Source: Andalucia godoyi And28
Taxonomy: Eukaryota; Protista; Jakobida
DNA: 64,000 bases
Reading direction: 5' to 3'
Assembly (NCBI GenBank): GCA_009859145.1
Contig: VRVR01000047.1
Location: forward strand, 181,093-245,092
In this document: positions 22,510 to 33,082 of the stretch, piece after piece
Numbering within the stretch: the first letter of the stretch is position 1
How the letters are laid out: the number at the start of each line of letters is the position of its first letter
Notes under the pieces: model-generated
Told to the model about the DNA's origin: nothing
Database searches by the model: none
What the model saw: only the letters and a program-made list of their open reading frames with translations
Made by a program: the position numbers and the translations under genes

Positions 22510-23079
22510 TTAGTCTGATTTGTGAGGGACTTGGGGGCGCTCGAGAGCATGGCTGACGATTGCAAACAGCTTGATCGCGATGCAAAACGGAACGACGATC
22601 CAGACGCCGTTTGGGATGCCGTACAGCTTCCACCAGTCGAGCTGCGACGCATGGCCGGACGCATGCCACGGCGGAGTGGACAGCGCGTCTTGGCCAAAAT
22701 ACAAGACTGTTTTCCAGAGCTGCATGCAGTTGACGACGAGTAGCATGAGCGTCGATTTCGCGTTGTTGGTGTTGTTGTTTCTTCTGGAAAGGACTGTGAG
22801 CGCATACACGATCAGCAGCTGCTCGGCGGCATTGCACCACGACTGCGCAACCACAAACCCATCCGTCAAGCTGCTGTACAGCGTGTCCACCGACACGTAC
22901 AGCTGGTACGGTGCCCACAGACGCGACTGCATGGAAAACGGCCGTAGAAGTACAAACGACGCGTCCCACGCAATCACCGCCACTTGCAGCATGAACCACC
23001 ATCGGATCCACGCAGGCACAGCCGCCACACCGCGCGCATCAGCAGCAGAATTCCCGCCCGATCGCTCAATCTTTCCCAT
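22510..23079 (-). CDS. EXPERA / emopamil-binding-protein (sterol isomerase-like) family membrane protein
   Basis: Four TM segments; 'LWAPYQLYVSVDTLY', 'DGFVVAQSWCN', 'KTVLYF', 'LYGIPNGVWIVVP' are typical EXPERA motifs. Confidence 0.8.
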   Translation of the reverse strand: MGKIERSGGNSAADARGVAAVPAWIRWWFMLQVAVIAWDASFVLLRPFSMQSRLWAPYQLYVSVDTLYSSLTDGFVVAQSWCNAAEQLLIVYALTVLSRRNNNTNNAKSTLMLLVVNCMQLWKTVLYFGQDALSTPPWHASGHASQLDWWKLYGIPNGVWIVVPFCIAIKLFAIVSHALERPQVPHKSD

Positions 23080-23344
23080 TTTCCCACCCGCCGTCTCTTG
23101 TTTGCTATCGTAAGTCACTGTCCTCCTCTTTTGATCGTTCGCAATAAGCAGACGCAATGAGAGACAGAGACAGAGACAGAGAGAGAGAGAGAGACGAAAT
23201 CAGGAAACATTGCGCCGCTTTCGGTTTGCTTTTTATTATTAGTATGATTTTTACGACTGATAAATCTTCTCGTAATGATCTGTTCTTGTTTTGCAGAGCG
23301 AGTGCGTGAAGCACTGCGATGATACTTAAGAATTAATTGATGTT

Positions 23345-24178
23345 TTATTGAGCAGGTGACCACACGCCAGGCTCGACGACAATGCGTGCCTTTTTTGCAG
23401 ACGGTTTTCTCTTCTCTCTGTCCTCGCTGTCTCTTTCCGTCTTGTGGCTGTTGCTGTTGGAGTTGGAGTTGGAGTTGGCGGGAGTCGGGAGGTTGGTGCC
23501 GATTGCAAGCACTCGGTCGATTGATGCTGTGTCGGTGGCAGCAGCGATCGCACGCACGAGCTGATCGACACGCGATCGGATGACATCGACGCCCAATCTT
23601 GACTTCTTCTTCTCATTCTCATCGTCGCCGCTATTGTTCGACGGTGACTCCACACCCACATCGGCGCTCACACTGACGCCCACTTCATCCAAATGCAAGT
23701 GCAGGAACGCCGCAAACGACTCGTCCTGCATCGTGGATTGGACAAGCTTGACGATCCGACGTACTGCAGTCAAATATGCATTCCGAGCGCGCGCAAGCAC
23801 GAGCCGTCTGCTCTTTTCCGTCCACTCCTCCCGCAGTGCCGGCTTCCGACTCGATGCCACAGCGACTGCTGCCTGCACATGCGCATGTGGCAGCGGCAGC
23901 GGAAGCGACGGGACTGTGGGGGGCGGGACGGCGAGAATGTTCCTTGTGACGTAGAGCTCGAATCGGTCGAGGGCGGCGCTGAAGGAGGTCTCGAGATGGG
24001 CCTGGAGATGGGAGACCGAGGCAGAGAGCGCGACACGACGCCGCGGGTATGACTGCGCCAAATGAGACTCGAGAGACTCCAGACCCGACATCAGATAGTC
24101 CACACACACATTGACTACATCATCCAAAAACGACTGCGGTGTAAACTCGAAATACGCTGCAGACGACTCGACATCCAT
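23345..24178 (-). CDS. MIS12: Kinetochore protein Mis12
   Basis: 'YFEFTPQSFLDDVVN' and 'LETSFSAALDRFELYVTRNILAVP' are the two conserved Mis12 blocks. Confidence 0.85.
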   Translation of the reverse strand: MDVESSAAYFEFTPQSFLDDVVNVCVDYLMSGLESLESHLAQSYPRRRVALSASVSHLQAHLETSFSAALDRFELYVTRNILAVPPPTVPSLPLPLPHAHVQAAVAVASSRKPALREEWTEKSRRLVLARARNAYLTAVRRIVKLVQSTMQDESFAAFLHLHLDEVGVSVSADVGVESPSNNSGDDENEKKKSRLGVDVIRSRVDQLVRAIAAATDTASIDRVLAIGTNLPTPANSNSNSNSNSHKTERDSEDREKRKPSAKKARIVVEPGVWSPAQ

Positions 24179-24543
24179 TTTTTCCTTTCTTTCTTTCTCT
24201 TTTTTGATGTGTGTGTGTATGTTTTGTTTCTTGTATTCTCTGGTACGATTGCGTTGGATTCTTCGAGAAAGGAGAAAACACAATGCAAAGACAAGGAACG
24301 GAAGCGGGAAACAAGACGGAATCGACAAGCGGCGATTAACGGTGAGAATCGGACGGTAGCGAAAAGCTCGGAGGATAAAATACTGCACGCCTTCAATCCG
24401 AATCTTTTTTCCTGACTTTTATTGGGATCCGAGGAGTGCGTTGATTTGAAGAATTCAATAGGCATAAATCCGTATATGCATGTATGCATTCAGTTAGGAA
24501 TATACCAGCAGCGACAGTTTGGAAGAAGGATTGAAAGAAAAAG

Positions 24544-26028
24544 ATGGGATGCTGGCAGTCGAAAAACACACGAGAGGTCGAGAGACGTAATGTAGAAGAA
24601 CACAAAGAGACTCGAGGAACCGGAGATGCAGAAGAGAGCAATCAGTGCTGCGGTGCCCGTGGCGGTGATGATGGAGGTGGATGTGGAGAGATGCAGAGTG
24701 TGGGATTCCGTCGGATACCACCTTCGCAGTCGGATCCTGCGCTTTTCCCGTCGGCTGTCCGTCAGCCGACAATGTCGTCGTTTTTCCGAATCGCGCAAAA
24801 CCACCACGGCGAGAGGACGAGCGCGAGCAAGACTGAGAACAGTAAGACTCAGAAGAAGCAGGATGAAAAGAAGAAGAAGAAGAATAAGAAGAAGAAGTTG
24901 ATTCCGAGTCCGTGTGATGTGGACATTTGCCGTGTCTCGTCGTCAGTGTCGGTGCCGTGCTTTCTGGCCAGCAGCACAACAGTGTCTGATCATGATGACC
25001 CCCGCGATGGAGGTCGTCGTCGCAACGATCAAGACGGTGGCGGAGAAGGCGGAGAGGAGGAGATTGAGGAGACATACTGGGTGCACGGCAAGGATGACGG
25101 AGGGAGAGGAGTGGAGCGGCAGGTGATGGCAGAGCAGAGCACGTTTTGGAGACGCCGCGGGCTGGAGGGACCGGAGTCGGGGCGTGAGCAGAGGATACAG
25201 GGCGCAGAGCAAGGCGGTTGGCTGGTCGTGCGGTCCGAGGACCCGAATTCTCTTCCGGTGCGCGTGGATGTGTTCGACGCTTCCGGGAAATGGTACTCGG
25301 CGGTCTTGACGGGCGTGATGCACACCACGATCGATGTCTCTGATGCGCTCTTTGTCACCTACGTCTGCGGCGCTCACTCGGTCGTTGAGACCCTCTGGCC
25401 CGCGCATTGGTCCGCCTTTGATCGACGCGCAGCGACTCTCGTGCCACACCAACACCAGCTTCAGCGCCGCGTTCAACGAGGAGAAGGGGAGCAACAGCAG
25501 CGAGAAGAACAGGAAAAGGTCGGAGAGGCGGATTGGGTACCGATGCGCACTTGCACTGTCGCATGGTCCACTCAGCCCACTGCTCATGTCAGCCGACTGA
25601 CTCCATCTCCGCAGCTGGCTCCACTACATCAACAGCAACCAGGGCGATCGCACCTGGTGGTGCATCGGTCGTACGTGTGTCGGACGTCAAGGCAGCTCGT
25701 GGCGAAACGCATGGTGCGTTCCGAACGCCACGCAGATCTCCAATGGTCCGTCATTGATGACGACTCGGAGCTTGGCGTCTACATCCCCAACCGCTTCTCC
25801 CTCGCCGCTATCCAACATGCCGATCCAGTGGCGGCCGTCATTCCGGAACTCTATCCGCCACCGATGTTGGAACAGCTGCAGGTCCCTCCGCCATCACAAC
25901 ATGCATCACAACATGCATCACACCACGTAGAAAAGGACGAAGAAGACGAGAGCCAAGTGACGCTCGAGTTACTAGAGTGCAGCCCACACCTGAACTCACG
26001 GCCGATGAATAATGCCGCGTCATTGTGA
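24544..26028 (+). CDS. Hypothetical protein; N-terminal MGC (possible myristoyl/palmitoyl site) and a possible Tudor/Agenet-like segment
   Basis: MGCWQSK start; 'VRVDVFDASGKWYSAVL' resembles Tudor-like beta strands; low-complexity linkers; 5' half uncertain. Confidence 0.5.
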   Translation: MGCWQSKNTREVERRNVEEHKETRGTGDAEESNQCCGARGGDDGGGCGEMQSVGFRRIPPSQSDPALFPSAVRQPTMSSFFRIAQNHHGERTSASKTENSKTQKKQDEKKKKKNKKKKLIPSPCDVDICRVSSSVSVPCFLASSTTVSDHDDPRDGGRRRNDQDGGGEGGEEEIEETYWVHGKDDGGRGVERQVMAEQSTFWRRRGLEGPESGREQRIQGAEQGGWLVVRSEDPNSLPVRVDVFDASGKWYSAVLTGVMHTTIDVSDALFVTYVCGAHSVVETLWPAHWSAFDRRAATLVPHQHQLQRRVQRGEGEQQQREEQEKVGEADWVPMRTCTVAWSTQPTAHVSRLTPSPQLAPLHQQQPGRSHLVVHRSYVCRTSRQLVAKRMVRSERHADLQWSVIDDDSELGVYIPNRFSLAAIQHADPVAAVIPELYPPPMLEQLQVPPPSQHASQHASHHVEKDEEDESQVTLELLECSPHLNSRPMNNAASL

Positions 26029-26665
26029 TGCATACGGAAGAATACATAAACAGACACGGTCGATACTTGGCCGACACTAGCACGTTTGTTTCACAGGAAT
26101 TCGTGATACAGGGCCTCCTAGGTCCCGCAGACCTCCAAAGAGACCACGTGTCACTACGCCTACCGCCTCTTCCTCTCGCATCTCCAGTTGCATCAATCGC
26201 TGCAACTGAGGACACGAAAGCGCCTGCTGCTAGGGCCGTCAGAATCAAAAAATGCACCCTTCTCAGAAACCACGTGTCACGCTGAGAAAGTGGCTCACCG
26301 ATTGATCGAGATTGGGAACGGAGCGCGGAGCATTTATCTGAAGAACGCCAGCAAAGCCTGTGGGGGCCTATCCCCTTCCCGGAAACGGGATGCAAGATTA
26401 AATATGCATGTCTACGAATAGACATGCATGTTCAGTGTGTAATGTAGGCTTCATGAAACACCGTTTCCCCTCCGTCAGCTCCTAATTACCAGTCGTAAAA
26501 CATTAAAATAAAAAGGAGGAAAAACGTCACACCTCACCTGCTTCTGCCGTAGTCAAAGCTGTTCTATTTCTGTTTTCTTTCTGCAAATGAGTATATTTTG
26601 TGTTGTTGTTGAGCAGGAGCATTGTTTCATATCGCGACGCGGCAGCTTTGGTTCTGCGGACATGC

Positions 26666-28297
26666 ATGGAGTCCATTCTTGAGCGTCTGGCGACGCTGGT
26701 TCGTCTTTGCGCAGCTCGCGACGTGGGCGAGGATGAATGCGCGGCGGTGGCCGGGACTCTAGTATCACTTGATGCTGCCCTGCTGGCGGCGGACAGCGGT
26801 TCTGCCGCGCTGCCTGGGGCGCTGTGGCCGGTGCTTGCGCGGCTGTCGACGCACGCGCCGCTGATGGTGCATCGCAGTGTCGCCGAGCCTCTTTTGCGGA
26901 TCTTCTTGTCTCATTTGATGCTACCCGGTTCGGAGGGTCGGTGGGCGCGCAAAAGAGTGCTTATGGGCATGCAGCTACGACCGCGGTCTGAAGTGTGCGA
27001 GTTTGTCGTGGGGTCTCTGCCGACGGCCACCGACCACGTTGCGTATCTCGTGGATATTGTGTGCACGGCATCGCGTGCATGGCTCCGTCGTGCAGCTGCG
27101 ACATTGTCCGCGTCAGCACCGGGATATGATTCTCGGGCGATCAAGACGCTTGTTGCCGAGTTTGTGAATGTATGGAAAGCAGTTTTGTGGGAGCCAGCTT
27201 GCCAAGAGTGTGAAGGATCGTCTGCTCCATCAGTGTCATTGTCGGCGCTGTGGCTGTGGTGGCGAGGATTCTCGGATGCATTTTTGGAAATGATGGTTGC
27301 GTGTCTGATGGCTAACGAGTGTTTCGCAACCGACATGCAGCACCTTGCGTCCGACTTGTGTGTCGTTTCTCACCGTTCGTCGAGTCCATTCATCCGTGGC
27401 AGTACCGTTGAGAGTACGAGTAAGACGGGGAGGGGCAAGGAGAGTGATGAGGAGCGTGATAGCCGGGATGGTTGGCATGAACTCTACTCGGGGTTTGGAT
27501 GGTCGTGCGTGTTTCAGCTGAATGTGTCGATGTTTGTGGATGCCGTGCTATGTAAGAGCGATGCGTGGGATGTGTATCGCCGAGATGATCCTGCATGGCT
27601 TCGGCTTGTCGAGGTGCTTGTACATGCACCAGATCTGCTTTTTGTTGTCCTGCAGACGTGGTCCAACGACGGTAGTCATTCAAGCAGCTCCAGAAATTCA
27701 GGCGACGGCGACGGTAATGAAGGCAATGAAGGCAATGAAGGCAATGGAGGTCGTGGTGTTGATCGACTGGTCTTCTTGATGAACCAGTGCACTGCTGAAC
27801 AGTCAATTCGTATTCTGTGCAGTGCGTTTGGGGAGCGGTTCAGGCCGCTGATAACAAGTCTTGCATACGGACGCCTGGCTGCATCGTCGTGTGAGCAAGT
27901 ATCAAAGGGGTTCGAGCGGGTGTTATCCGTGTGCTTTTCAAGGGTATTTGCGGAGACGCTGCGGATGGCAGACGTGCAGGCTGAGCAGGTGGCGGCGGGA
28001 TTCAGGGAACGCATCCGCTGCGTGTCTTGCCTCGACGAGCTGTTTTTGGACGACTCGCCAGCGTATCTGTTTCGCAGTCCATGGACTCTTGCACTGGGGC
28101 TCTGGGTGTATCGTGATTCAGAAGAGCTCAACGGGCAGCTTTTGAAGTGGATCACAGGGCTAGAGCGACGACGCATGTTTCGCAAGTCGACCGCTGCGAT
28201 CCTTCGACGAGGAACGCGCTTGTTTGCAGCTATGCTTATGGAGCCAAGCCCTATTCTTGAATTCTGCATCCGATGCTGCACCATCAAACCCGTGTAG
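26666..28297 (+). CDS. Hypothetical all-helical protein, weak resemblance to FANCC
   Basis: ATG at 26666; 'LWPVLARLSTHAPLM..EPLLRIFL..RWARK' and 'PSVSLSALWLWW' loosely recall FANCC blocks. The CDS is likely; the family is tentative. Confidence 0.6.
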   Translation: MESILERLATLVRLCAARDVGEDECAAVAGTLVSLDAALLAADSGSAALPGALWPVLARLSTHAPLMVHRSVAEPLLRIFLSHLMLPGSEGRWARKRVLMGMQLRPRSEVCEFVVGSLPTATDHVAYLVDIVCTASRAWLRRAAATLSASAPGYDSRAIKTLVAEFVNVWKAVLWEPACQECEGSSAPSVSLSALWLWWRGFSDAFLEMMVACLMANECFATDMQHLASDLCVVSHRSSSPFIRGSTVESTSKTGRGKESDEERDSRDGWHELYSGFGWSCVFQLNVSMFVDAVLCKSDAWDVYRRDDPAWLRLVEVLVHAPDLLFVVLQTWSNDGSHSSSSRNSGDGDGNEGNEGNEGNGGRGVDRLVFLMNQCTAEQSIRILCSAFGERFRPLITSLAYGRLAASSCEQVSKGFERVLSVCFSRVFAETLRMADVQAEQVAAGFRERIRCVSCLDELFLDDSPAYLFRSPWTLALGLWVYRDSEELNGQLLKWITGLERRRMFRKSTAAILRRGTRLFAAMLMEPSPILEFCIRCCTIKPV

Positions 28298-28423
28298 CGC
28301 GGCAGACGCTGTGCAGCGCCGTCACCTTTTCATCTTCTTTCTCCTTCTTCTTATTAGCAAATCGCAATCCAATCATAGCCCTAGTATTTTACCATGCAAC
28401 AATCGATCCTACGAAAAAATCAA

Positions 28424-28678
28424 TCATCTAAGGAGACAGGCCCCCCAAGCATACAAGTGCATGCGCATCATGTTCTTCAACTTCTGAGACCCGCATACTC
28501 CGTTGCGCTTGTGCAGCAGTCTCTGGCGGAACTGGAAGTGGGAGTCCAGCGTCAGCATCTGGTGTGCGGTCTTGTCTCCAATGCGGCGTTTCTTCCCTTC
28601 TGCCGGGTCCCTCCGCACCATACGAGACGTATCGAATTTCGGACGTTGAATGCAGTCATACTCATCACACCCAGCCAT
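28424..28678 (-). CDS. Small basic hypothetical protein (84 aa)
   Basis: ATG follows a T-rich spacer; fills the gap between two genes; no family recognised. Confidence 0.4.
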   Translation of the reverse strand: MAGCDEYDCIQRPKFDTSRMVRRDPAEGKKRRIGDKTAHQMLTLDSHFQFRQRLLHKRNGVCGSQKLKNMMRMHLYAWGACLLR

Positions 28679-28753
28679 TTTGTCAAAGACGATGAAAACA
28701 AAATAAAAAACAAGATAAGAACAGTTCAAAAAGTTGCTATCGACATCTGATGC

Positions 28754-31700
28754 CTACTCGGCAGGACGCGAGACGGTCCATGTTTCGGTCTGGCCATCCG
28801 GCGCGAGAATCTCCTCTTCTGCTGCAGGAGGCACAGGCGCAGCGGTATCTGGAGGGGCATGCGTCGCTAAATCCTCTGCCGGCTTTGCCGTCGCCGCCGC
28901 CTTGGAAGACCGTTCAGATCTTGGGGAATTCTTCGGTGGTGATCGGCTGTTGTTGTTGCTCGCGCCACTACCGTTGGGTTTTGGGGGAGACGTCTTGGAA
29001 GACACCGAGGTATTAGTCTTTGGAGCCGCGGCAGATGTCCTTGTCTCGGACTTTGCAACTGCGGGTGACGATGCGGATTCTACAACAGGCTCATCCTTGT
29101 TGCGAAGTGGGATCTTGTTTGGGCTGGGCGAGCGCGACCGAGTCGAGCTAGTGGGAGAGCTCGGACCACCAAATAGCAACGTGCGGTCCTGGTCTTGCTT
29201 TTCTTTGTACTGTTTCAGCAGCTCCTTTTGCTCTCGTCGCCACTCATCCTCCTTCTTGCGCTTCTTCTCGTCCTCTTCCTTCTTTTTCTGCCGCTCCTCT
29301 TCTTCCTTTCGAATTCGCTCCTCATCCTCCTTGATCTTTTCTACACGCAATGTTTCCAGCTTTTCATGCAGCTCGGTCTGCTTCCTCTTTCGCTCCTCGC
29401 GCTCAGCATCTTGTTTCGCCTTCTTCACCTTTTCCTGCTCCTGCTTGCGGAGCTCGTCTTGCGCAAGGCGGTCTGCTTCCTCTCTCTCCTTTTCCTTTTT
29501 CTCAAGATCAGCCTTCTCTTTGAGATGCTTGACGCGAGCAACTTCCCTTTCCCGTTCCTTCTGCCTTTGCTTTCTCATCTGTGCCTCCGCGTGTTTCTGA
29601 GCAATGCGAGCTTGCGCTGTACCCGTGCATACGTCACCAACCAGGGAAATCATGATTTGGGCAATAAACAGGGCATTCGAGCGCTGAGTGGTCGGATACT
29701 TGGACACAACGGGAGCAACCATGTTTTGCAACGCTTGCGAGAATGAGCGGGGGTTCGTGGTCAACGACGGCGCGTTGAACGTTGTGGTCCCAGACGGAAC
29801 GCTGCTCGAATTAGAGACAGACGCAGCACGACGATGGCGCTTTTCTGGAAACGCATGCGACGGCGGAGCTGGGGTCGCCAATGCATTGACACGTTCTGGA
29901 TCTTGCTCCGGTTGGGGGTCCGGACCGAGAAAACTGGACAACATCGACCCAAACAAGTCTGCGGCAATGCTTTGCGGTGTGTCTTCAACGCCCACAGGAG
30001 GCTGGTCCTTCCCTCCCGTCAGAGGTTGCTTGGGAACACCGTCGGGAACCTCGGAAGCTGGCGCCGAAGATGCATGCTTTGAACGACTGTCTGGTGCCTT
30101 GTGAGTGGATTTGGACCTTTCATGGGCAACTGCCTTCTTCTTATTCGGACCATTTTCTTGTCCTCCAGAATGACCAAAGGACGCTCTACGCGGGCGAGTT
30201 CCTGCAGGTTCCACCCTCACAATCGGCGGCAATCGTGCTCCGGCGTCCTTTCGAGGGGCACGCCTGGTTGTTGGTTCACTCTTACTGGAGACTGCTGGCA
30301 CCTCCTGCGAGCCATCAGGATCTTCATCAACGGTGCTGTGAATGCTTGCATCGGACCCGCCTTTGCGGTTCTGCAAGTGCCGATTTCGTTCGCGCAACAT
30401 CGCGCCCCTCATCTTTTCTTCCTTTTCTTGTTTCTCAATTTCCTCTCTTCGTTTCTTTTCCTCCTTTTCTTCCCGTTTTCGACGGGCATCTGCAATTTCG
30501 CGTTCTCTGCGTTCCATAACGGGATTCAGTGGTCGCTTAGGGCCAGAAGCAGCAGCAGCAGAAACAACAACAGAGTTCTGATCGCATTCAGTAGCACCGC
30601 GCGTATCAACAACCTCTTGTGACTCCGGATCCTGTAGAGAATCACCAGATGCGTAGGACTCTTCGTTCGAATGCTGAGCGCGATTCTTCTTCTGCTGCGG
30701 TTGCTGTTGTTGTGAGAGATGCGGATTACTGGAAACAGAAGATGAAATAGAGGCCGCAAAATCTGCCCACTTGGACCGGGACAGTGCGACCCGAAGCCTG
30801 GCGGTCCAGTCTCCATCACGCATCAGCAACACGGACAAGATAGACTGCACAATCTCATTTCCAGATACCCTGTCCAATGTTCGAACCACCGTCATCGGAC
30901 TGAGGCCGGCGGAAACAGACAGATCGTAGACGCATGCCGGGTCATGAAGCACGAGTGTTTCAAGGACCGTCGACAACGTCGCTGCAGCTGCCTGCGTCTT
31001 GCATTTTGAAATCCAAGATGCTCCATGCGTCCAGATCACGCGTCCTGCGGAAGCCGCAATCTCCGCGGCTTGACTCCCAGAAGGATTCAACACGACTCTT
31101 TCCAGGCACTCCACAAGTGGCTCGACGGGCGGCTGGGACTTCGCATGCGTACTCGCTGCATCTTCCTCGCTGCTGGCCAGCACCATCTCTGGTTGATATT
31201 CATCCGAATATGAAACCTCTCCGAGGGCACGAAGTAGCACAACTTGTGTGGCGGACTGCCGAACAGTAACCAACAGCACAAACAACGTCCGGAGAACGCG
31301 CGCGGCATGGACAGGTGGCCATTCTCGAACAAGACTCGCAAGTCCTTTTGCTGCACAGAGGACAGCTCGATCACTATTCTCTGCTTCCTTGTCCTTACTG
31401 CCCTTTGCGGCAATCGAAGAAGAGGCGATGCCGGTGAGCACCTTGAGAACAACCGTCAGACTCGCCTCGTTCTTCCCACTGGCAATGGATTTTTGAAACA
31501 CCATTGCGATTGTCAGTGCAAGTTTTGCCGTCTTCTCCATCATTGCAACCGAAGCGCTTCCTCGCACTGCATCTTCGCACAGTGCAAGAAATCGAGGGAC
31601 GCAAGGAGGCTGTGCAGAATCCATTTTTGCGATCGACTCGGCGCCTGCAGACCGCAGCAAGTCCGTTGCACAATCAATCTTTGCAGCAAGCGAGAGCGGC

Positions 31701-32653
31701 GGAAGAATATGAGAGAGAACCAGGGATGGATGGGAATCCGACAACAGCAGTAGCAAGTTCATCACTTGGAACGTGAGATGTGGACCCGCTACCAATGCAG
31801 AAAGAAACCTTGTCGCAGGCAAAGTCCTCGGTAGGGACGCCTGTTGTCCCCCATTACTACTACTACTACTACTACTGCTGCTGCTGCTGGATAGTGTGGA
31901 TGTTGCAGTGGCCCAGTTCCAAATTGCTTCAGCAGCCGCGCTCCCAAACCTGGCCTTCGAATGCTGAATAATCTCAGCAATGGCACACATGATAGATTCA
32001 TTGGCGGCGGCCCATCCCGCGGTCGAACTAATCAGCGCGACCAACTTTGTTAGCAGCACTGGAATCGAAGGAATGTCCAACGACAGCGCAATTTTGGAGA
32101 TCGGCAAAGTCGACGCAAACTGCGCCACGCATTCCGGAGTCGGCGGCGATGGGATTTGCAAGAACGCCCAATGCTGCTGGCAAATCACAACCGCAGCCGC
32201 AGCCGCAGCCGCAGCCGCAGCCAGGTTGCTGGAATTATGACTACCATTACTACCACTACTACCGCTATTACTACTATCGCTGTTGCTGTTGCTGTTGCTG
32301 TGGAATTCGGGTTTTCTGGAGCTGGAGCTGGTCGTGGATTTTGACGACTTCCGAGAGGCTTCTGCGAGGTGTTCCGCGAGATGAACGAGAACTTCGTAAA
32401 GATCTGCGACGTCATGCGGGGCCGCAAAGCCTGCTTTCAGCGACGACGCAATAGCCGTCCACAGTTCCGCCCGCGTTGGGAAAGAGACGCGGGAGATCCC
32501 CAGAACGGACGCAATCGCACCCCCGGACAGTAACTGTCGTACACAGCTGTCCGTCAGAACTACAGTCGGCTCCTCCGAGCTGCTTTCGGCAACGTCCAGC
32601 GGAGACAGCAGCGTCGGAACAAGCGCATCGTAGATCGACCGGTCTAACCTCAT
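28754..32653 (-). CDS. Hypothetical protein: helical-repeat (ARM/HEAT-like) N-terminal half, disordered linker, Glu/Lys-rich coiled coil
   Basis: About 1300-aa ORF; Leu/Ala-rich helices; EK-rich stretch 'EREREVARVKHLKEKADLEKKEKEREE...'; poly-Ser/Ala microsatellite tracts. Confidence 0.8.
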   Translation of the reverse strand: MRLDRSIYDALVPTLLSPLDVAESSSEEPTVVLTDSCVRQLLSGGAIASVLGISRVSFPTRAELWTAIASSLKAGFAAPHDVADLYEVLVHLAEHLAEASRKSSKSTTSSSSRKPEFHSNSNSNSDSSNSGSSGSNGSHNSSNLAAAAAAAAAAVVICQQHWAFLQIPSPPTPECVAQFASTLPISKIALSLDIPSIPVLLTKLVALISSTAGWAAANESIMCAIAEIIQHSKARFGSAAAEAIWNWATATSTLSSSSSSSSSSSSNGGQQASLPRTLPATRFLSALVAGPHLTFQVMNLLLLLSDSHPSLVLSHILPPLSLAAKIDCATDLLRSAGAESIAKMDSAQPPCVPRFLALCEDAVRGSASVAMMEKTAKLALTIAMVFQKSIASGKNEASLTVVLKVLTGIASSSIAAKGSKDKEAENSDRAVLCAAKGLASLVREWPPVHAARVLRTLFVLLVTVRQSATQVVLLRALGEVSYSDEYQPEMVLASSEEDAASTHAKSQPPVEPLVECLERVVLNPSGSQAAEIAASAGRVIWTHGASWISKCKTQAAAATLSTVLETLVLHDPACVYDLSVSAGLSPMTVVRTLDRVSGNEIVQSILSVLLMRDGDWTARLRVALSRSKWADFAASISSSVSSNPHLSQQQQPQQKKNRAQHSNEESYASGDSLQDPESQEVVDTRGATECDQNSVVVSAAAASGPKRPLNPVMERREREIADARRKREEKEEKKRREEIEKQEKEEKMRGAMLRERNRHLQNRKGGSDASIHSTVDEDPDGSQEVPAVSSKSEPTTRRAPRKDAGARLPPIVRVEPAGTRPRRASFGHSGGQENGPNKKKAVAHERSKSTHKAPDSRSKHASSAPASEVPDGVPKQPLTGGKDQPPVGVEDTPQSIAADLFGSMLSSFLGPDPQPEQDPERVNALATPAPPSHAFPEKRHRRAASVSNSSSVPSGTTTFNAPSLTTNPRSFSQALQNMVAPVVSKYPTTQRSNALFIAQIMISLVGDVCTGTAQARIAQKHAEAQMRKQRQKEREREVARVKHLKEKADLEKKEKEREEADRLAQDELRKQEQEKVKKAKQDAEREERKRKQTELHEKLETLRVEKIKEDEERIRKEEEERQKKKEEDEKKRKKEDEWRREQKELLKQYKEKQDQDRTLLFGGPSSPTSSTRSRSPSPNKIPLRNKDEPVVESASSPAVAKSETRTSAAAPKTNTSVSSKTSPPKPNGSGASNNNSRSPPKNSPRSERSSKAAATAKPAEDLATHAPPDTAAPVPPAAEEEILAPDGQTETWTVSRPAE

Positions 32654-33082
32654 TTCTCCGTGAATCACAATGTAAAATCCACAAATTGAATATATAAATA
32701 AGAAAATGAACAAATAAAGCAATTATAATATGGTATTTCGATTCTGCAACGGCATGCTTCAGTAAAAAGGAAGAAGGATCGAAAACCAACACAGAATTGT
32801 CGATGGAGCTTTTAATGAAAGCAGTTTCAAAACGGTCTTGATTACAGCAGGAGGAGACCGTCTTGAAAATGAACTCGGCCGCCCGAAAAGTCGAAAAACT
32901 GGAAGCCTTTGCGTTTTTCCTTATACTGCCTCACACGCTCTGCACGCAACGAATGGTGCTCGCAAGTCGCGACATGTGCAGCATGCAAACCTGGAGACCG
33001 AATCAAGCTGGTTGACCAGTTCGTGAACTTTTTGTGCAAGTTGAAAGGAAGACGGGTTGCTGTAGCACGCACAGCAGAGCGC

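Noticed and set aside
26026-26285. Second TGATG stop/start overlap followed by an 85-aa ORF, suggesting systematic reinitiation
   Set aside because: TGATG follows about 1 in 16 TGA stops by chance; the downstream ORF has no recognisable features
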